Shown here: positions 1-18,689 of the stretch, in pieces
Position numbering within the stretch: position 1 is the stretch's first letter
How the letters are laid out: each line of letters starts with the position of its first letter
Made by a program: the position numbers and the translations under genes
The notes under the pieces: model-generated
Database searches by the model: none
What the model was told of the DNA's origin: nothing
What the model saw: the letters and a program-made list of their open reading frames with translations, nothing else
Origin: the human T2T-CHM13v2.0 reference genome, Homo sapiens
Length of the DNA stretch: 64,000 nucleotides
Reading direction: 5' to 3' (one strand)
Assembly: GCF_009914755.1 (NCBI RefSeq)
Contig: NC_060943.1

Positions 1-118
1 TTCAGAGTGGCTTGAGGCTAGCTGGTCCTCAGCCATGACAAGTCCTGCACGGACAGCCCTGACCAGACTGTGAATGGCGGGGTATTGGGTGCAGTGCCTT
101 CAGAGGGTGGGAGATGGT

Positions 119-520
119 TGTAAGGGATAATTGGAAGGACAGCCAAGAAAGGAATGAGGCCAATAGACCCAAGTTCAGGCAAGCTGATTTATTGTCAGTC
201 CTGCCTGGCTACCTCTTGACAAAAGCAGAGAAGGCAGCCCCACTTATAGGCTAGAGCAAGGTTTTATAGGACATAGAACTGGATCAGGGTGAAGGAAAAA
301 GAAAAGGGGGGGGGTCCTTTGTGCCATGTGTCTGACCGCTTCCTGGAGATGTTTTTCTTGCCAGTTCTCTTGTGCAAAGTAGACGTCTTAACCGCATCCT
401 GGGACAGCTGGCCTCTGGTCAAACAGTTACAGGCAGGTTTGGGGTAGCGGGTTTTACTTTTTGGCCTTTGGGGCTTAGTCTATGGGAGGGGGAAACAGTC
501 CAGTTGGGTGGACCTTAGCA
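119..520 (-). mobile_element. Solo ERV LTR (~400 bp, subfamily not assigned)
   Basis: TG...CA termini flanked by a 5-bp target-site duplication ATGGT (114-118, 521-525). Minus-strand TATA (TATAAAA ~262-268) and AATAAA (~188-193) are in LTR order. Confidence 0.85.
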
Positions 521-2059
521 ATGGTGTATCTGTAAGTGGCTGGTGGCAGCGACAACATTCTTACGCTGCATGTGTATTGTTCAGTTGTCATCTGTGTTGG
601 GGAATCTAGCCACTGGCCCACAGAGAGTTAACCAGAGCTTGGGAGTGTGAGAGGTGGGAAAGAGGGAACCATCTACTCCAGCTTCCTGTCTAATTTCTTC
701 AAGGGGAGGGGCCCTGGGGAAACAATTCCTTGGAAATGTACAAAGGAGGATAGAGAAAGAATCTCTGTAGGAATTCCTTGGGCAGAGGAAGGCAAGAGGA
801 CACCCAGGTCACGTCAGGGCTCATGATAGGGAAATCTGTGCTATGGGGAGATGGGACTGGGAGTGAAGGGTGGGTGCGGCAGATGGCTGGGCCAGCAGGT
901 TTCCTGCCACCTGTTAAAAGGGGGTGGGGGTCGGGTAAAGAAAGTGCCTTGCAGAGTAGGCTGCTGCCTCCCGGTGGTCAGCCGCGGCCTTGCATGGATC
1001 TTGCCAAGGGAGTTTGCTTGGCGGTGTTGGAAGCGGCCTGAGATGAAGCTGGGCGGGCTGATGGCCTGCTTCCCCCGTCACCGGCAGACTCTCCTTCCAC
1101 GAAAGACTTGCTGAAGCTCCTGAGGCACATGCTGAACTGTGATGTGGGGCTCTGGAGTTCCCCAACCACGCTAAAGGAAGTGAGCAGAGAGGACAAGATG
1201 AAGAATGGGCGCCTCCTTATAACGGCTTCCTGGGAAAAGCTCACCACTTGATGAGAAGCAGAACTGACCAGCAGGCCCTGCAGGCAGAGGCTGTCAGTCT
1301 CTGAGCCAGTGCCATGGCCCTCTTTGTGTCAAAGGAAATGCTTCCAAGTGAATAGCCTGCCTGCCTAGGGCACCTGAGCTGAGCGTTTGACCGTGTCCTG
1401 GGAGTTCATAGGTAAAATAACTGCCGCGACCTGCACTGACCCGGACCGGAGTGCCTGAAAGGGGCCAGCTGCCTATTCCGCCAGTCCGCCTGGAGGGCTG
1501 GGACAGGCTTGGTCCTGTGGACGAGGTTCCATCTCCCCTGCCTGCGGAAGGAAGAACGTGAAGCACAGAGAAAGGAAGCGGGATGATGACTGCCCCTGTG
1601 TGCCCAGCCTGCTCTTTGCTAGTGCAGTAGTGGGATCCACAAGGTCAACCACCCCATGATTGCTGACTGTTTCCACCACCAGTTTCCTGGTGTTCCCATC
1701 TGCGGGATCCTCTCCCATCAGTACTGGTCAGAATACCGAAGTAGCTCTTAGCCTCGACGGTCTTGTAGCCAAGCTTATGAACATCGTTGTCACCTTCCCC
1801 ACCTCCCACCAAAAGTCTAGGACTGTCGCGAGGGGAGGGTTTTATCTCTGGGCCCCTGGCAGAGTGCTTTGTGGTTTATATGTCCTCAGAAATTTGAAGG
1901 GAAGAGTGAAGCGATCATCAAGGAGCTTACACTTGACCTGGGAGTCACCTAAGCTATCGCTAACCAGAAAGGTAGACCAGCCTCCCCCAGCCACCACCAG
2001 GGCACTGAGGGAGGAGCCTGGAAGGGGGCATGCCCCTGGGATGTGGACTCCAGGAGGGC

Positions 2060-2145
2060 GGAGCCTTGGTCTTATTCACTGTATCCCCAGCCCCTAGAAT
2101 TGTCCTGGCAGGGAGTGATCATAAATGTTGGATGGATGAATGTGC
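2060..2145. mobile_element. Degraded L2 3'-end fragment
   Basis: cttattcactgtatccccagcccctaga...aaatgttggatggatgaatg resembles the L2 terminus. Confidence 0.5.
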
Positions 2146-2499
2146 TCACGGAGCGGGGAGGGGTGGGTGGAGGCAGGAAGCAGATATTTGGATCCACCAG
2201 CTTCTTCCGTGAGCCCAGACTGGGCTTAAGCTTCCTCAGCTATGCCTTGCTTGGTTCCCAAGTCTTTTGCGAAGCCATAATGAGAGAAAGTGGCAGGACT
2301 AACGGTGGTACAAATGCCAGAGGCGGATACTGCTGTGCCGTGTCTCCCTAGCCTGTGCAAACGCTCCTCCTCAGCCTCAGCTCCCTGGCCCCAGCCTGGC
2401 CCTCTCCTGTGGACCCCCGGGCTGGGCTGTCACTGAGGTGCTCCGGCTGACCCAGATCCCCTGGGTGTTGCTAAATCAACCTCGGCAACTGTAGAGTTT

Positions 2500-2880
2500 G
2501 CTGAAGGCGGGAAGGTAGTCCGAGGGTTCCGCCCCAGCCGGCTCCAGGGTCAGGCGCACGCCCGTGGCCATGGAGACGGGGAGAGGAGGCCTCGGCCCTC
2601 CCGGTCCAGCGCATTCAGCCAAGGCTACGGCCACAGCCACGTCTAGCCAGAGAGGGGGCGGCGGATCCGTGTGCGCTGCGGGCAGTGGTGGAGGCGGGGC
2701 CGGGCCGGAGGCGGGGCCGGGCCGGAGGCAGGGCGTCCCCACTGCAGCGTGGGTCTGGGACACCAGTCCACCCCTGCGCGACCTCAGGGCCCCCACATCC
2801 TGAGGGGACCGGCTGCTCTTGGCCTCTCGCCTCGCCCATCGCTGGCCCCGGCCGCGTCCCAGGGCCTGGATGCGAACTTG
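2500..2880. promoter_or_regulatory. CpG island / promoter-like GC-box cluster
   Basis: High GC and CpG density with repeated GGCGGGGCCGGGCC(GG) boxes at 2692-2727. A + strand donor-like aag|gtgaga lies at ~2913. Confidence 0.65.
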
Positions 2881-3189
2881 GGGCAGCCCTCACCCTTCTG
2901 GGCAGTTTGGAAGGTGAGAGGAAGAGAGAGGTGGTTACTAAATTCCCTTCAGGGGACAGGAAGTGCTCAGCTGAGATGGCAGATCAGAGTGAGGGCTGGT
3001 CATTCCCAAGGCAAGTGGGGGGCCTAGATGCTAAGAGTTTTGCAGCTTTGGGCTCAGAGACGTCCAACAAAGATTAAATTCTTGAGTCTTTCTGGAAGCC
3101 AGTCACCAGAGAGGAGAGAGAAAGCGGAAATGGGGTCCTGGAGTCCGAGTGTCTGGGTTCATGTTGCCTGCATTTTGGTCCACATGGCT

Positions 3190-3360
3190 CTGTTTAATAC
3201 CTGTGTGACCTTGTGCAAGTCTCTTAACCTCTAACCACTTGCACCCTTAGCCATACCTATCTTGTCGGATTGCTTTGAGAATGAATGAAGCAGCTGTGTT
3301 TCAACACTTAGTGCCTGGTGTATAGTAAGTGCTCGGTAGAAGATTTCTCATCATTATCAT
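3190..3360. mobile_element. MIR fragment
   Basis: tgtgtgaccttgtgcaagtctcttaacctct...acttagtgcctggtgtatagtaagtgctc matches the MIR core and 3' end. Confidence 0.6.
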
Positions 3361-3489
3361 CAAAGACAACAGGAATGAAACTAACTGGAGACAAGATGAG
3401 TAGGACAGGCAGAAAAGAGAGAGAGATACTGATGGGTAGGAGCATAGATGGCTGAGACCAGTGGGCAGCACCTCCATGTCCTGACACTA

Positions 3490-3864
<375 letters not shown>

Positions 3865-5066
3865 TCATCGACTCCAAAAATAATTTTTTTAGTGTAAAAT
3901 CAACACCCAGAACCCACAGGGAACAAATAATTCCACAGAGCTAAGTTTTCCACAAAGCTGCAGTGTGGCCTTTTCAGCTTCAAAACCTTTTAAATGTTAA
4001 ATATTACTTTTAAATAATTGGGGTGGGAATGTACCCCCAGTGGGTCACATGCTTCCCTTCCTCTTTAAACAGTTTTCTCTGTGCTATAATTCCCCCCTCT
4101 CCAGGCAACTCAGGTCAAGGCCTCTGTGTAAGAGGGTTAGGCCTCTGGCCCCGAGCTGCCTGGAGACCTAGGCAGTCTGCCCGGAATAGCTCACACAATG
4201 GTTCTGTGTTGTGTTCCTGGGCCCGCTCTTGAACAGCTTCCCTTCCTCTATGCGTAGCTGTTACTTCTTCCTGTTGTGAGACTCCCCTTCTGGCAGCCTT
4301 TTCCTCTTACTCTTCACTGTTTCTTCTATGGGCTGGAAAATTGAGATGAAGCTTGTTAACATGGGTGATTCAAGTCTGGGAAGCTTAATGCTGAACTTTG
4401 TTCTAGCTGCTCAGGCCATTTTGCTGTGGTCTTCCCTCTGGTTCTGGATGGGTGAGCTTGCTGGAGAGCAAGGTCCCTGCAGGTCAGATGTACTTAGCAA
4501 AGAAGAGTTTCCTAAGAAATTCTCTTTCCTACACACATTTCCCCCTGGGGGGATTTTTTTCCCTCTGGGTTCCCTGTTTGTTGATAGGTGTTTGGACCCT
4601 GGTATTCATCTGTCCTCCCTCTGGCAGTAGTCCCTGAGGTTTCGGGAGGCTGGGCTGGCAGTGTGGCTCTGCTGTGGGAAGGAAGAGGTATTGTGGAGGA
4701 AAGGCAGGCTGGCTGGCATCTGGTATATCTTGGGGGAGACTTGTCCAGGCCAGGAGTATGTCCCTGGATGACTCACTCCTGTGCCCCTCTGTGACTCAGT
4801 TTCCCCCGGTGTGACCAGGGCTTCCAGCTGACAGGTAGAGCTGTTCTGAGATCCTCACCTACTGTGTTTAAGAAATAAAGAGGCTTGTGGCTTCAGTCAT
4901 CCTTTATGGCTCTCTTCTAGGTCACTACGTGCTCTGGCCCCTCCACCTCCTGGGTCAAAGCACCCAAGGCAGGGCTGAGGAGGTTGGGCCAGAACCGGTT
5001 GGCGGGCAGGTGGGCACATTGTCAGAGATGGCTATCAGCCTCCTCTCCCTTCTTTCTCTGTTGCAG

Positions 5067-5339
5067 CTGCCTTGGGGTGCGGTGCAGGGGTCCAGAGCCA
5101 TTTCGGACCTGTTACTACTGGGCCTCACAGGTGGCCTGACTCTGTTACTGCTCCTGACACTGCTGGCCTTTGCCGGGTACTCAGGGCTGTTGGCTGGGGT
5201 GGCAGTGAGTGCCGGCTCACCCCCCATCCCTACAAGTTCCATGTGGAGCCCTATGGTGAGGCTGGGTGGCTTTTCACCAGAGCTGCAGCATCTCCCCCAA
5301 GCTCTGCTCCATCGCTGTCCACTAGGACAACCCCACATG
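5067..5339 (+). pseudogene. TEX264 unprocessed pseudogene fragment (first coding exon)
   Basis: Translates as (I)SDLLLLGLTGGLTLLLLLTLLAFAGYSGLLAGVAVSAGSPPI / YKFHVEPYGEAGWLFT / SCSISPKLCSIAVH*DNP, matching the TEX264 N-terminus MSDLLLLGLIGGLTLLLLLTLLAFAGYSGLLAGVEVSAGSPPIRNVTVAYKFHMGLYGETGRLFTESCSISPKLRSIAVYYDNPHM. Start is ATT at 5100-5102, with frameshifts and a TAG. Acceptor ttgcag| (5066) and donor |gtaagg (5340) are retained. Confidence 0.92.
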
Positions 5340-6336
5340 GTAAGGAGCCTCCATGGGGTTCTGCCCCACGGATGGACCTAGTGGGCCAGGGCTTCTTTGG
5401 GGAGGGTAGTTTTGGTTGCTGAGGAAAGGGTGGAAAAATCCTCAAGCTGGCCCTGCAGGCCCCTCCTCTGTGAGCTTGAAGCACCTTTCAGATTTAGCCT
5501 GGACTTCTGCTCCAGGAATCCATTTGCAGGCTTTCTACTTGCCTGGGTCTGGTTCCCCTTGACCATGGCTACTCATGGATTTTCAAATGCAGTGGATGAT
5601 ACCACTATGAGTCCCTAGCTTCTGCCAGGACTTCAGTCCCCTGCTGCCTCTTCTTGTCATCCCTCTTTCCATCTCCATTTAGGGCCAGTCCTGTCAGCCC
5701 AAGCCATTCAGATTCTGGCCACTCTCTGGGGTTACATCATGCTGTTTCTGTGCTTTCCACCCCTCAGCTCTCCTGCTGTAGTTGTGGGCTCTTGAGGGCT
5801 AAGACGGCAGGGTTGGGGGGCACCAGAATGGCTGAAGAGGTAAGATTCCATGCCCCATACCCAAGGTATATGGCATTTCCTTAGACCTCAAGCTGCCTAG
5901 TTGGGAGAGGGCCTGGGGGTCTAGTGGAACCAGATGAGCAGCTCAGAATGTCCAGAACACTGGAGTCATAGATGAACCCAGCATCATTAGCACCCTATGG
6001 GCATCAAGCTGTTCTTACAACCTATGGTGAGTAAAGCTTGCCAATGTAGCCTCCTGCTATGTTATAGGGTAGCGCTGCCACAGCTGGATGGGGCTGGCAG
6101 TTCTGCCAAGGGTTCTTCAGCCTCTAATACTGAGCCATGCCAAACCAAGCACTAGGAATCCCCAGTTCTGACTTTTTTTGCCTGGAAAGCTCAAGTGGAC
6201 AAGCCCTACGGCCTACCCAATGTCTGCTGACCCGGCACTTAGTTGAAACAGGGTGTGCTGGTTCCCTCTCTGCCCCAGGTTCTGCTCTACACCTACACTT
6301 TGGAGATGAATCAGACCTAGCCCTGCCCTCATACAA

Positions 6337-6834
6337 TGGGATAATTTAGGAATCAGAGAGACCGAGGGGTTGAGGAGGATTTATTATTATTATTATTATT
6401 ATTTAGGTGAACTGGCCCAGTCAGATTAACATCCAAAAAAGACTGAGCCCCAAACAAAGAGTCAGGTTACCTTTTAAGCATTTTGTGGGGCAGGGGGAGA
6501 TCTGTGCAGAGGGAAGCATATTACAGAAGCGAGAAACAAAAACAGTTCTTTAATTGAGACATGCATTACATCATTTCTTACTTTTCAAGGAAAAACATGT
6601 TTTACGACTTGAGTTTATCTGTCTAGTGACCTTGCAGCTGCACAGCTAGAGAAACAGGGTCTTCACAATGCCTGGGAAAGGGAGAGATAAGGCTCACTAG
6701 CCACAGACTGAAAAACAGACAGTTGATTTTTAAAGGAGTCCACCTCTTTCTCTTCCTCAGGGGGAATTGGGTTTTCTAACATACAACTGAGTTTTTGCTG
6801 ACACATTCTTTAATTTCTTTTAATTCCTGTTCTA
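6337..6834 (-). mobile_element. LTR2/LTR2B (HERV-E family) solo LTR
   Basis: Reverse complement reads AACAGGAATTAAAAGAAATTAAAGAATGTGT...AAACTCAGTTGTATG...CCAATTCCCCCTGAGGAAGAGAAAGAG, the LTR2B 5' signature. Confidence 0.85.
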
Positions 6835-6974
6835 GTATAAGACCAAGCTGTGCCCCCAACCTCCTTGGTCACGTGTTGTCAGGACCTCCTGAGGCTGTGT
6901 CACAGGTGTGTCCTCAACTTTGGCAAAATAAACTTTCTAAATTGAGACCTGTCTCAGATACTTTTGAATTCACA
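6835..6974 (+). mobile_element. MER4-family LTR, 3' fragment only
   Basis: gtataagaccaagctgtgcccc...ggacctcctgaggctgtgtcac...aaataaactttctaaattgagacctgtctcagatactttt...caca matches the MER4A R/U5 end. Confidence 0.8.
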
Positions 6975-7022
6975 CTACTAATTTCAGGTAGAATTTTAAA
7001 TTCTTAACATAGAAACAAATAA

Positions 7023-7355
<333 letters not shown>

Positions 7356-7549
7356 TTAAACTGAGAAAAATTAATAAAAGTATGCTCAAATTTACTGACA
7401 GAATTATGGGTAAATCTAATTAGATTCTATCCATTTTAAGTAAATAAGAAAAAAAATTACGAAGGAGCCTTTACCTTTGGGAAATGAAAAAACCGCTTTT
7501 GACCAGTTGTTCCCCACAGGTACACACCCCAGTTCCCAGCCAAGCCAGG

Positions 7550-8640
7550 ACGGCCTGTCCCGGTGCCTGGAGGGCAGGGCCCCTGCGGTCTGGGGTTGGG
7601 GTTTGTGTTCTGGCTCCGCGCGGTGGTCTGGACCGCGCCCGCCCTGCCTGGGCTCCCAGCCGGAAGGACGGAGCGGTTGCGGGGCGGGCGGGCTGCGAGC
7701 CACACAGGGTGCGGGCGGGGCGGGCGGGGCTGGGGTGTCGGGGGCTCGGATTCGGAGCCAGCTCTGCCGTGGGGCGGGCTGGGGCAGGCTTCCCGCTCTG
7801 GGAAATTTGCCCCTGCTCTCCCTGCCAGTTGCGGTCGTGGGCGGCCTCGCCTTGGAGCCCTGGCCACGGAGCCGCACGGGGCGGTAGAGAGGCTGGTGGG
7901 GAGGGACCAGCGGGCGGTGGAGGGGCGGCCCTGCAGGCGACGCGGGGACTGGAAAGGGCGCCTGGGTGGGAAGAGGCGCTGGCGGGTGATCGTCCCCACC
8001 GGGCCAGTCCCCGGGATCTGCTGCCGCCCCTCTCCGAAATTCACAGCCAGAGCGGGCGCACTGGTGTGTGTGGCGCCTGGAGCGCTAGGGTCCCCACCCA
8101 AGTGCGAGGCCCCCGCGGGGAGCCCAGCCCAGGGGCGTCCACAGTCCAGGCCCCAGACCCCAGGTCCTGGCTAGATTCGCCAAAGTCAGAGGCTGGAATC
8201 TGGAGGGCGGATGTGAGGGTGCCAGCTAAGCCCAGCCCCTGCCCGGCGGTGGCCAGCATAACGCGGTGACACTCTCTGGAGCCCCCACTGCCACCACTCT
8301 GCTGTCAAGCCCGCTGGGCTAAGGGATCCGTCTGCCCCTAGAGGTGCGCACCCAACGCCAGGCAGAGGGAGCTGGCGTGGGGCTGCTGGCGGTCAATGTC
8401 ACCCGAGATGAGGAGGATCTTCTAGGAGGGGCCCCGGGGCCACAGAACGAGAGGGGAGTGTGCGCTGAGCCCACCTTGCAAAGACGCTCTGGTCCCCGAG
8501 GGGCGGCACCTTCGGCCTCCAGCCAAGTCGCCGAGCGCTCCCAGTGCTGCCTGCCCGGCACCTGCACTCCAGACTCCAGGCTGCCAACCAAAGAGGAAGC
8601 CCGCCCCCTGGGAACAGGCCACTCTCAGCTTGGGCGAGGG
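7550..8640. promoter_or_regulatory. CpG island, promoter-like
   Basis: ~1 kb very GC- and CpG-rich, with clustered GGGCGG boxes (7680-7790) and an NF-kB-like GGGAAATTTG at ~7800. Confidence 0.75.
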
Positions 8641-10596
8641 AAGCACAGACACCCCCATCCCTAGCCTGGCAGCCACACACAGGGAGGCCATCACCTGACG
8701 ATTGCGGGGGGCCTGAGTTATTGACAGGTGAATATGCTGGGAATGAAGACTCCTGGGCCTGGGAGGGAGGGGCGGTGGTGTGGAGGGCGGTGAATGCCTG
8801 GACCTCTGGGTCTCCAGGCTGCCAGCGGCCTGACCAGGCTCCCGGTGTCCTCCTCCAACCTCAGTTTCCTTACCTGTCCCAGAGGAGAAATATGGCAGGG
8901 CTGTTTCGGTGATTAGGCCGGATAATCCTGGTAAAATTTATTAGCCTGCCTGGTCTGGATATTATTTTTTCTGACTTTGTTAAGAAACTTTGCTGCCCAA
9001 TGTCTACTCTTGGAAAGTGAGTTGGGGAGGCAGGAAGTCAGGACTCTCACCCTTGGCTTCAGAGTCCCTTCCAGGTGCCCCCTCCCTTTAGGCTCAATGA
9101 AAGCACAGAGCTGGCAAAATTCCCTTACCCAAGACAGCTGTAGAGTCCAGAATCAGAAGATCTTGTTTTCTGACCCAAGGACCGTTTCTTACCCCAAAAT
9201 CGAAATCTCTTTGAGTGGTCAGCTTCAGACAGGAGTCTGAATTTGATTGTTTTTCTCTAGGGTTAACCCAAGGCCCTTATGATAAGCGTTGCTTCATCCC
9301 CATTCCACCCCTTTTCCTGCCCTAATGCATTGGGGGTCCTTAACCGTAGTGACCTGGAATTGGGAGCAAGTTTCCCCAGGCGGGGCATATTGGCCTCCTC
9401 AACAGGCTGGCCTGGCCTTGGCCTGATAAACATCAGTCCTGGGGCAAAAGACCCAGGGCAGGGAGATCTCCCCCCCACCCCCACTTTCACATGCTGCAGT
9501 CATTTAATGGGCTGTGGTGACCTATCAGGGTCCCCTAGCCTGCAGGATGGAATTTAACTTTTTGCCATAGAGGGGGAAACTGAGGCACAAAGCTAGTGAG
9601 TGAAAAAATCAGAAAGACTCTGTGACTGGGAAACACTCCCCAGGACCAAGGTCCCTACAGGACTCAGCCCCTTTTGGGTTGTGCCAGTGGTTGGCATGTG
9701 CACCCTGGTTGTCGTCTGTACCTTTCTGGGGCTGAGGGTGGGGTGGGTGTTCTGGCAGGACAAGGTCTGTGACCCACGGGATAGAGAGACATTGCCCTCT
9801 TTCCCTGGCCTTGGGCAGAGCAAGAGTTCTGTTCTCTAATGTATGTAAGGACCAGTGCCTGTGTGAGTGGAGGTGGGACTCCTTTTTTCTTGATTAAATA
9901 AAACCCTTCCTGGGGCTGCTTAGGGGATTCTGGGGCTTGTGTACCTGACAGTTGGGTGTGGCATCTGGGTACTCAGCTTGTCTGTGCCTTGCTGTCACTT
10001 CTCCAGGGACAGCCACACACTTCTCTCTTAGTCCCCACACATGCCCAGTCCCTTACTTTTTCGCCTGGGATCCCCCTGCCTGAATCTCTCAACCCAGCCA
10101 CTGCTAGGTCTCCCCAGGGACCCTGTAATCCCCGGGATGGGATTGCCGGAGGCGGTGACCCTGCTGCCTACCTCTGTCTGAAGTTAGGGTCCCTGGCCTC
10201 TGCCTGCACCTAGTGGACAGGGAGGGTGAACTGGTCAAGGATAGGCTCTTGGCCTAGTACAGGGCCCTTCCCTGCACCTCACCATATAGTGGTGGAGGCT
10301 CCAATCATGGCTGGCCTGGGAATTGCTCTGCATTGTGTCTCAGATTGCAGGAGATAAGCAGATCCGAGGAGAGGAGCACATCCTGAAAGAGAATCTGAAT
10401 TTTCCAACTCAGCTGAACCCTCGGCCCCTGCCCTTGAACACACATTCTGGTTTTCTTACCAAGTCCCTGCTTGTTCCTGCCCACCTGGCCTTCCCAGGCA
10501 GGTGATTGGTGTTTCTGCCCCATGTGTGCTTTGGCTGGGAGGGTCACTGGTGGGCCACCATTCAGAAGGCAATTAAATCGGCCTCATTATCTGGGG

Positions 10597-11711
<1,115 letters not shown>

Positions 11712-12707
11712 AGTACCATCTGGTAGTGGGCAGCACTGAGTCATTGTGGTCTCTCCACAGCCTGCTGGGCTCTCTGCATCCCCCCAAGGGTCACCATTAT
11801 CCACTCTTGGAGGGCAGCGCAGAGCTCTGGGAGGCGCCTCTTTCTAGCTTCCGTCCATACTCTCATGTGTGTGTCAGGGTCCTCCTCTGAGAGATTGGGG
11901 TATCTCTGCAGGCAGATGGCAGTGAGGTCACCATGGGGGGGGCTACCTCCCCCCTGTCTTGGGCCCAGGTCTTGGGCCCTTCTGAGAGACACTGGCCCAG
12001 CCACCCCATGAATCCTCATGGGGAGGAAGGCAGCTCCCATCGCAGCCTTCAGGAAGAGGAAAAACTAGTTGGGCTGTGAGGGAGGGGTGGCCGCAGTGCT
12101 AAACACCAGGAAGAAGAGGAGGCCGGGCCTGCAAAACTTCATTCTTAGTAGGTGCCCACCAGGTCCTACTAAGGTCCACTGCACAGTGGCAAAAGGTCTC
12201 AGAATCTCATAAATGGACACCACCCAACTGCCTTCTAGGCTCTTGGCACTGTGGACATCTGATTTCTCCCTTCTGGTAAACTGATCCCAAGGCCTGTTCT
12301 GGCTCCTTCAACCAGCTGGGATGCCCACTGGGTCCTCCCTGCTGGGCTTGCCCTGTTGTGCCTCCTTGAGAGGGTGAGAACTTCCCTGGAAGATTCCCTC
12401 ATTCCCTGAAGTCCCCCAAGCCAGGTCGAAGCACCCTGGACTTCTCAGCAGCAGCAGCAGCTTGGAGGAAGGAGACAGAGGGGAGGAGACACACAGCCCA
12501 GCTCTGACAATAACCAGGATGTGGGGGGCATGGTGTTGATGCTCCTGGGAGCCTTTTTTAGCCCAGGAAAGAGACCTCAAAAGGCCAGCACTCTCCCTAC
12601 ACAGGAGAAGAAACTGAGGCTTGCAGGTAGACAGAAGGAGCCTTTGAAATGGGGTTGACCCAGATAGGCCTCCGTCTCCCACTTCTCTTATGGCCTTCAC
12701 ATGCCAG

Positions 12708-13312
12708 GCCCCTGACTGGACTCAGACCCAGTAGATAAGAAGCTGCTGGCCAATCCAACCACCCAACTCATTCACTTCAACTGTCCAGACACCAGCCATC
12801 CTACTTCCTCCATTTCCTGGATGAAAAACTACAAGAGGTTTCATAAAAAGCATCACATCAGGACATCAAGGTTGGCCTGGTGGCAAGGGTGTGACCCTTG
12901 GACTTGTGAGCAAGTGGTGGTGGGGTCTAAGGTAGGGGGCTCTGCAGGGCAGGACCTGTGATCCAGTCCTCTCACCTGAGCATCCACCCACAGTTGCGAC
13001 ATTAGCCGTGGAGCCTGGTTATGGAGAGCGTGGTGGAGAATAAGTTCGGCAGCATCCTGCAGATGGACATGATGGACATGCTGGGTGAGGGCTGCAGGCA
13101 GGCTCAGGCAGTGAAGAAGCCGGCCAGCCCTCATGTGCCCCTGCAGAGTGCTCTCCTCACTGGCCATTCTGCATACATGGCTGCTGGTCAACCAGACTGT
13201 GGTGCTGGGCGGTGAGGTGAAGCTCCGCTGTGAGGTGTGCAGGGACTTAGCATTTGGAGGCGAACAGCAGCAAGGTGGGCACCAATGTCATGCCCTCCTC
13301 ACCATGCTCAAG
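12708..13312 (+). pseudogene. FGFR3-like unprocessed pseudogene fragment, exons 5-7 (IgII and IgIIIa)
   Basis: 12708-12870 carries DKKLLA..PTSSISWMKN..IK|gt. 12994-13084 reads [29 protein letters not shown]|gtgagg. 13147-13312 reads ECSPHW..LVNQTVVLGGEVKLRCEVC..NSSKVG..TMLK|gtggg. These match FGFR3 [42 protein letters not shown]..IGGIK / [41 protein letters not shown] / [48 protein letters not shown], with short introns and splice sites retained. Confidence 0.88.
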
Positions 13313-13532
13313 GTGGGTGCTGCTGCCAGCTGGGTGCAAGTGGTAGGCAGGCTGTGGGGGGGGCTCCACTTCACTGAAATCTACCACCATTATAGAAGTT
13401 TTAGAGTAGCCTGCAAAAGATAAATTTATGGCACAGCCAGAAGACAAAATCATCTGCCGTGAGCAGTTCTGGATATGAACTTGCTGCTGGTTCATACCAT
13501 CTTCTACGAACCATAGTCTAAACTTAGATGCA

Positions 13533-18599
<5,067 letters not shown>

Positions 18600-18689
18600 G
18601 CCTAAATTTAAAAATAATTATTCTATTCTTTTCATGTGTGAGCAGCCATATAGTATATTATTTACAAATATATGAGACCTTACACACAA

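Noticed and set aside
7416-8269. Long overlapping ORFs (261, 214, 203 aa) on both strands
   Set aside because: Low-complexity Gly/Ala/Pro/Arg products expected from stop-codon depletion in a CpG island; no recognisable domain.
12460-12500. Purine-rich stretch as a possible FGFR3 acid-box exon
   Set aside because: Similarity is too weak and low-complexity.
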